In this document: piece after piece, positions 59,641 through 64,000 of the stretch | Layout: every line of letters begins with the position of its first letter | Numbering within the stretch: the first letter of the stretch is position 1 | Source: a virus | Taxonomy: Duplodnaviria; Caudoviricetes | Reading direction: 5' to 3' (one strand) | IMG/VR virus record: IMGVR_UViG_3300029288_004137 | Location: 1 to 64,000 of that record | DNA length: 64,000 bases | Notes under the pieces: generated by a model | The model's input: only the letters and a program-made list of their open reading frames with translations | What the model was told of the DNA's origin: nothing | The model's database searches: none | Made by a program: the position numbers and the translations under genes

Positions 59641-59895
59641 TTATTCTGGCATGATAGCTTTTAGAATTTGATCTGTCAAAACATCAATAACTTCTTCGCA
59701 TTTGTCTCTTTTATCGCTAAGAACACGAATTTTTTCTTTCATAGCAATTATTTCATTATCAAAGAGGAACATTTGTGTTTTATAAGATTTTACTCTAGTG
59801 AGCAATCCTAGAGATTGATCTTTTTCCTCTCGTGTAAGATCAATTTTCAAAACTTTCGACATGGATTCATCATTTTCTTGTATAAAATTTTCCAT
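59641..59895 (-). CDS. hypothetical protein
   Basis: ORF with SD. Confidence 0.65.
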   Translation of the reverse strand: MENFIQENDESMSKVLKIDLTREEKDQSLGLLTRVKSYKTQMFLFDNEIIAMKEKIRVLSDKRDKCEEVIDVLTDQILKAIMPE

Positions 59896-59918
59896 TTCTT
59901 TTTCCTTTGGTGGTGAAT

Positions 59919-60311
59919 TTAATTAAAACAATTATCAGGATCAAAAGAATAACTTCTATCATATTCATTCGGCGAATGAATAATCAATACTGTTTCTTTA
60001 TGTCCAAAGATAAATTGATTTCTCATTTCCCATCTGAGAGAATTAAGATTGTTTTTATCTCTTACCTCAAAAGAGATCCCATTGATTTTATCAGATAAAT
60101 CAAATACTTGCATTGTCTTTTCATTTGGATCTTCTTCATTTGGAGAAGGAAAAACAAAATGAATAAAAAGACTTGAGATATCTTCGTCAATAGGAATAGA
60201 AACTTTTACCAAAGAATCACTATAATTATCCACACGGAAATGAATAATAAACAATTTATTCATTTCTTTTGCATAGGTAATTACGAATTGCGGTGAATCA
60301 ATCATTTCCAT
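59919..60311 (-). CDS. hypothetical protein
   Basis: ORF with SD. Confidence 0.65.
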   Translation of the reverse strand: MEMIDSPQFVITYAKEMNKLFIIHFRVDNYSDSLVKVSIPIDEDISSLFIHFVFPSPNEEDPNEKTMQVFDLSDKINGISFEVRDKNNLNSLRWEMRNQFIFGHKETVLIIHSPNEYDRSYSFDPDNCFN

Positions 60312-60326
60312 TTCTTTGTCCTATTG

Positions 60327-60620
60327 TCAATTCAAATTGTAATTCTTTTTCAAAAGAGTAGAAAGCAGGTTACAATTCGTTAGTTCTCTATCAGAGAAAC
60401 TCTTGATTTTACGAATACAATCCAAAGAATCATTGAAAAGTTTATTGCAAAGATAGGAATCAAAATTCTTATCTTTGGTTACATCATTTTTCTTCAGAAG
60501 AAAAAGAAGTCTATCTGACTCACGCTTAGCAGTGAAAAGATCAAAGCTCAATTTCTTGATTTTATTGAAAGAATCATCATACAACTTCTTGCAAAGGTAG
60601 GAATCAAAATTCTTTTTCAT
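60327..60620 (-). CDS. hypothetical with internal duplication (KNFDSYLC.KL..DS x2)
   Basis: Own promoter; start moved. Confidence 0.65.
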   Translation of the reverse strand: MKKNFDSYLCKKLYDDSFNKIKKLSFDLFTAKRESDRLLFLLKKNDVTKDKNFDSYLCNKLFNDSLDCIRKIKSFSDRELTNCNLLSTLLKKNYNLN

Positions 60621-60689
60621 TTTATAGACCTTTTTTTTATGTTTTCTCAATCGTTCATGCTCTAAGCATAGCACGCTTTAAGCACAAAG

Positions 60690-60893
60690 TCAAGGAAAAA
60701 GTTTTGAATTTATTTCATCGCAATTATAATCTAAAAGATTTTCAATGCGATGATTTCTTTCTTTATACCCCCAGATTTTATTTGAAATTTCTTCCATTCT
60801 TTTTTCCAAAATAAAAATTTGTTCTCTATTTCGAATTTTTTCTTCAATAAGAAGTTCATTTTCATCTCTTATTTCTTCATAACTTCTTCTCAT
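60690..60893 (-). CDS. coiled-coil hypothetical
   Basis: GAGGGG SD. Confidence 0.6.
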   Translation of the reverse strand: MRRSYEEIRDENELLIEEKIRNREQIFILEKRMEEISNKIWGYKERNHRIENLLDYNCDEINSKLFP

Positions 60894-60911
60894 AATAAAA
60901 ACCCCTCTTTT

Positions 60912-61463
60912 TTAAAAAGAAAACAATACTGGATCTATCTTATCAGATAGTATCTCAAATAATTTCTTTGTTCTTTCGCAATCAGATGAAGCACAATGTG
61001 CTTCACCTTTGAATTGAATATTATACTTTTCACAAAGAAAATCTAGTTTTGTATTTGATTCTCCGCTATCCTTTGCCATTTCTTTTGTATCAAAGAAATA
61101 CGGAAAATTTATATTTAAATTATTTGATTTAAATAATTTATCAATAAATTCCAAATCAAATATCAGGTTTTGACCTACAAGAATATCTGATTCTTCAATC
61201 ATATCCTTAATTATATGAGATACGGATTCAAATGATTTAGCTGTTTTCTCCCATTCTTCTTTCGAATAATGATTCATTTCAAGAGCTTTCGGTGAGGCTG
61301 TTTCAATATGAGATGGAATGAATTTTACTTCAAATTTATCTAATTGATAAAGCTTTGCATTTTGTTCATTTGAAAGAACATAACGAATCATTGCCAATTG
61401 AATGATTTCATTGTCTTTTAGCACTAATCCAGTTGTTTCTGTATCAAGAAATGTAAGGATCAT
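60912..61463 (-). CDS. DEDDh 3'-5' exonuclease (DnaQ-like)
   Basis: LDTETTGL, GQNLIFD, DT, AHCASSD. Confidence 0.9.
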   Translation of the reverse strand: MILTFLDTETTGLVLKDNEIIQLAMIRYVLSNEQNAKLYQLDKFEVKFIPSHIETASPKALEMNHYSKEEWEKTAKSFESVSHIIKDMIEESDILVGQNLIFDLEFIDKLFKSNNLNINFPYFFDTKEMAKDSGESNTKLDFLCEKYNIQFKGEAHCASSDCERTKKLFEILSDKIDPVLFSF

Positions 61464-61866
61464 TTTTATTTTTATTCCAAATGATAAGATGACTTTCAAG
61501 AGGAGAACTGATTTCCTCAGAAATTTTAATACTATCAAATATTTCTTTTGAAACATGAAGAGTAAAATATTGTCCTTTCTGCAAAGGAAGAGAAATTCTT
61601 ATTATAGCTAAATTATCTTCTCTTTCTTTTTCAATACAAATAGATACAAATTTATATGTTACTATTGGAGAACATGGTGAAAATTTAGCACAATGCTCAC
61701 TATTTACAATAATAAATATTTCATCCAAATTACAGTTTTCTTGTTTACATCTTTCAATAAAAATTTCATAATCTTCGTTATCATCAATTTTTTTTGAAAA
61801 TATGTCTTTCAAAAAAAATGATTCTTTGCGAGGATTAAAAGTACATTGAGTTAGCATTTTATTCAT
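61444..61866 (-). CDS. hypothetical protein
   Basis: ORF. Confidence 0.55.
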   Translation of the reverse strand: MNKMLTQCTFNPRKESFFLKDIFSKKIDDNEDYEIFIERCKQENCNLDEIFIIVNSEHCAKFSPCSPIVTYKFVSICIEKEREDNLAIIRISLPLQKGQYFTLHVSKEIFDSIKISEEISSPLESHLIIWNKNKNDPYIS

Positions 61867-61891
61867 TCCAAATGATAATAACTAAAAATAG

Positions 61892-61964
61892 TACCCTTAC
61901 CAGGAATCGAACCTGGATTGTCAGATTAGAAGTCTGATACTCTTTCCAATTGAGATATAAGGGC
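61892..61964 (-). tRNA. tRNA-Arg(TCT)
   Basis: GCCCTTA/TAAGGGT, TCAGA-CTTCTAA-TCTGA, GGTTCGATTCC. Confidence 0.9.
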
Positions 61965-61967
61965 ACA

Positions 61968-62052
61968 AAATAAAGTTAAGATACGAAGTCCTAAAATGCC
62001 CTACAATTGATTTGTTTTAGGGTTTAGGTAAAAAAATATCTTAACTTTATTT
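61968..62052 (-). ncRNA. short AAAGTTAA-stem element F immediately 5' of tRNA-Arg
   Basis: 16-bp IR AAATAAAGTTAAGATA/TATCTTAACTTTATTT. Confidence 0.45.
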
Positions 62053-62107
62053 CAACGCTTCCAATTTAAATTATGGAAGCGTAGCAGGCATTTATATTTA
62101 TACTATA

Positions 62108-62344
62108 TCAAAAAGATACCATTAACAATTCAATGACTGATTGAACATTGCTTGTTTGACAATCTTCGCAGAAATAATTTCTTGCATCAGTCTCTACTGA
62201 GTCTACAATAGAACCACAATTAGTACAAAATCCATCTGTTATACCATCAAATATCATACTTTGAATGGTATTATAAGAATATTCTGCTTCTTTTCCATTC
62301 TTTGCAATGAGAACCAAATTCCCATTAATACGATGAATAACCAT
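62108..62344 (-). CDS. zinc-ribbon protein
   Basis: GFCTNCG..VETDA..CEDC. Confidence 0.75.
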   Translation of the reverse strand: MVIHRINGNLVLIAKNGKEAEYSYNTIQSMIFDGITDGFCTNCGSIVDSVETDARNYFCEDCQTSNVQSVIELLMVSF

Positions 62345-62370
62345 TTTTATTTCCTTCCTTTTTCAATAAG

Positions 62371-62616
62371 AAAGTTAATATTAGGAAGAGATTTATATCA
62401 AGTATGAATATTAAAGATAAAGGTTTCTTTCTCTCTCAGCTCAAAGAACTTCGCTTTTCTTAAGAATATTTCATACCATCACAATACAAGACGACTAGTA
62501 TTTCCGTTATATTGTGTTCTAACGAAGAATAACATTATTCATATACTGAGATGATACATGATATAACGTATCTTTTCTTGGCTTTTTAATATAAATCTCT
62601 TCCTAATATTAACTTT
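62371..62616 (-). ncRNA. long-stem structured RNA C (28-bp perfect IR) with own promoter
   Basis: Arms 62371-62398/62589-62616; TTGACA-17-TATGAT at 62627-62655. Confidence 0.7.
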
Positions 62617-62691
62617 TCATAGTTCAATCATACCATACTTTTTTTCAAATGTCAAGCTTTATTTTTATCAAGAAAATCACAATGTTAAAAA

Positions 62692-62870
62692 GGATAGAGA
62701 AAAGGGAACAATTAACAATTAGTTTATATTTCAAAATTAAATTTCAACCATCAAGCAATTAATGAAATTGCGGAACGTGGTATCACAGTTTAATTTTGAC
62801 TAATTTCAATATGGGTAATTAATCCATATATCCCTCATTAAAAACGAGAATTGTTCCCCTTTCTCTATCC
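62692..62870 (-). ncRNA. long-stem structured RNA D (22-bp IR) with own promoter
   Basis: G.U pair on the minus strand; TTGACA-17-TATGCT at 62879-62907. Confidence 0.65.
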
Positions 62871-62932
62871 ATAAACTAAGCATATCACGCTTTTTTTCAA
62901 ATGTCAAGAAGAAAAAGCATTGGAAATGTTGT

Positions 62933-63121
62933 TCAGAATGTTGTATTCAAAAAACGAATTGTTTGTTCTCTGAGAAGTCCTAGATAAGACTCAAATTCTT
63001 CATCATAAAAACAATTTTCATCAATTGTTTTTTCAAATTCTTTATTTATAATAACATTGAATTGAGAATAAATATTTTCCCATAATTGAGATATAACCTT
63101 TTTTTGAAGATCATTTAACAT
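62933..63121 (-). CDS. hypothetical protein
   Basis: Start moved to MLNDLQ. Confidence 0.55.
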   Translation of the reverse strand: MLNDLQKKVISQLWENIYSQFNVIINKEFEKTIDENCFYDEEFESYLGLLREQTIRFLNTTF

Positions 63122-63248
63122 TCTTCTACATTTCCTCTTTAAGAATATCAAGAATTCCAAGAATTTCTTCTTTTTCTTCAGAAGAATAAGAATCATAATT
63201 ATTGTTTAAATCATCAAGAACATCTTTATAAAATTCAAACATTTATTT

Positions 63249-63470
63249 TCAATCTTCTTCTTTTGATAGGTTAATAATATCAGCCATTTCTTCTTTAAGA
63301 GGGTTTCTCTTTCGCCTTCTTATTTCTTTTCTTTTAAAGCGGACAATACTTCTTTCCACATAATCATCACTTGCTTCTTTTTTGTTAGAATCTTCAAGAT
63401 AAGAATCTTCATCGAATCCAATGGATTCATCAAAAGCATCAGTTATGCGCTTAATCTTCTTCTTTCCCAT
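63249..63470 (-). CDS. hypothetical protein
   Basis: ORF. Confidence 0.6.
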   Translation of the reverse strand: MGKKKIKRITDAFDESIGFDEDSYLEDSNKKEASDDYVERSIVRFKRKEIRRRKRNPLKEEMADIINLSKEED

Positions 63471-63521
63471 TTAGAACATCCCTATCATTTAAACAAGTTA
63501 AACAATTAATAACAATTAAAG

Positions 63522-63593
63522 TGGAGAATAAGGGAATCGAACCCTTAAAATAAGATTGCAAATCTTATATTTTCCCAATTAAATTAATTCCCC
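63522..63593 (-). tRNA. tRNA-Ala(TGC)
   Basis: GGGGAAT/ATTCTCC-A with G3:U70, TAAGA-TTTGCAA-TCTTA. Confidence 0.88.
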
Positions 63594-63596
63594 AAT

Positions 63597-63866
63597 AAGT
63601 TAAAAATAGGATTCAAGAATAAACTTGTATTTATTAGCGATTTCTCCTCAATATCTAAAAAGTGCCCCTTACCACAAAATTGGTATTATTGACTTTTAAT
63701 TGAGAAGAAACCTGGCATATAGTGTGCCCCGTACTCCCATCGTTTTTATCATTAACCGATCTTTTGACAAGAGATGTTCTATACACTTCAAGATTTGAAT
63801 TTAAAATCTACAAAACAATTCAAGTCTTATATCTGCAAGTTTATTCCTGAATCCTATTTTTAACTT
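63597..63866 (-). ncRNA. long-stem structured RNA E (31-bp IR) with own promoter, 5' of tRNA-Ala
   Basis: Arms 63597-63627/63836-63866; TTGACA-17-TATGAT at 63878-63906. Confidence 0.7.
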
Positions 63867-64000
63867 TTCATGGTTCAATCATACCATACTTTTTTTCAAA
63901 TGTCAAGAACAAAATTCTACGGAAGATTCGTGCTTCACATGGAAATTAACTACTATGCCATTCTTAGCATGTTCAATTTCCATGTTAAAAAAATGAGGAC

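Larger units (their letters stand above)
49532..60693 (-). promoter_or_regulatory. dispersed family of early sigma70 promoters with palindrome ATGCT-N3-AGCAT over -10/+1
   Basis: Copies near 49532, 49984, 53521, 54153, 54795 (no -35), 55186, 55584, 56096, 56487, 58566, 60649. Confidence 0.85.

Noticed and set aside
57741-63866. Canonical retron
   Set aside because: No reverse transcriptase (YxDD/VTG motifs) in the window; kept only as a hypothesis
63938-63986. Hairpin ACATGGAAATT..AATTTCCATGT at the right edge
   Set aside because: May belong to another structured element, but its context lies outside the window

Overview
AT-rich segment of a large (jumbo-type) bacteriophage genome in standard code 11, with sigma70 promoters, SD sites and 11 tRNA genes. 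It falls into three blocks. (1) 1-20.8 kb, minus strand: a nucleotide-sugar and glycosyltransferase cluster, a PD-(D/E)XK nuclease, a Fis-like HTH protein, a KxDG/HxGH nucleotidyltransferase fusion, metallopeptidases and probable virion proteins. (2) 21-49.3 kb, plus strand: UDP-sugar 2-epimerase, Hsp20, radical SAM, DNA ligase, tRNAs, a GGQ release-factor domain, AAA+ ATPase plus vWA/peptidase, a lytic transglycosylase, and about 19 ankyrin-repeat genes, most built as head-to-tail cassettes with a conserved junction. (3) 49.4-64 kb, minus strand: an early-type region of small paralogous genes, many behind a strong sigma70 promoter with a shared palindrome, plus RtcB, a DEDDh exonuclease and several ORF-poor units closed by long inverted repeats that look like structured RNAs. 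The most unusual observations are: a family of long-stem RNAs sharing a 5' AAGTTAA motif, one of which displays in a hairpin loop a ~60-nt consensus-like copy of the conserved ankyrin-gene tail; four sigma54 boxes and three 93-bp-phased IHF-like sites at the convergent strand switch; and a 3x double-hairpin array upstream of the radical SAM gene. All calls come from motif recognition by eye; no searches or folding programs were run.
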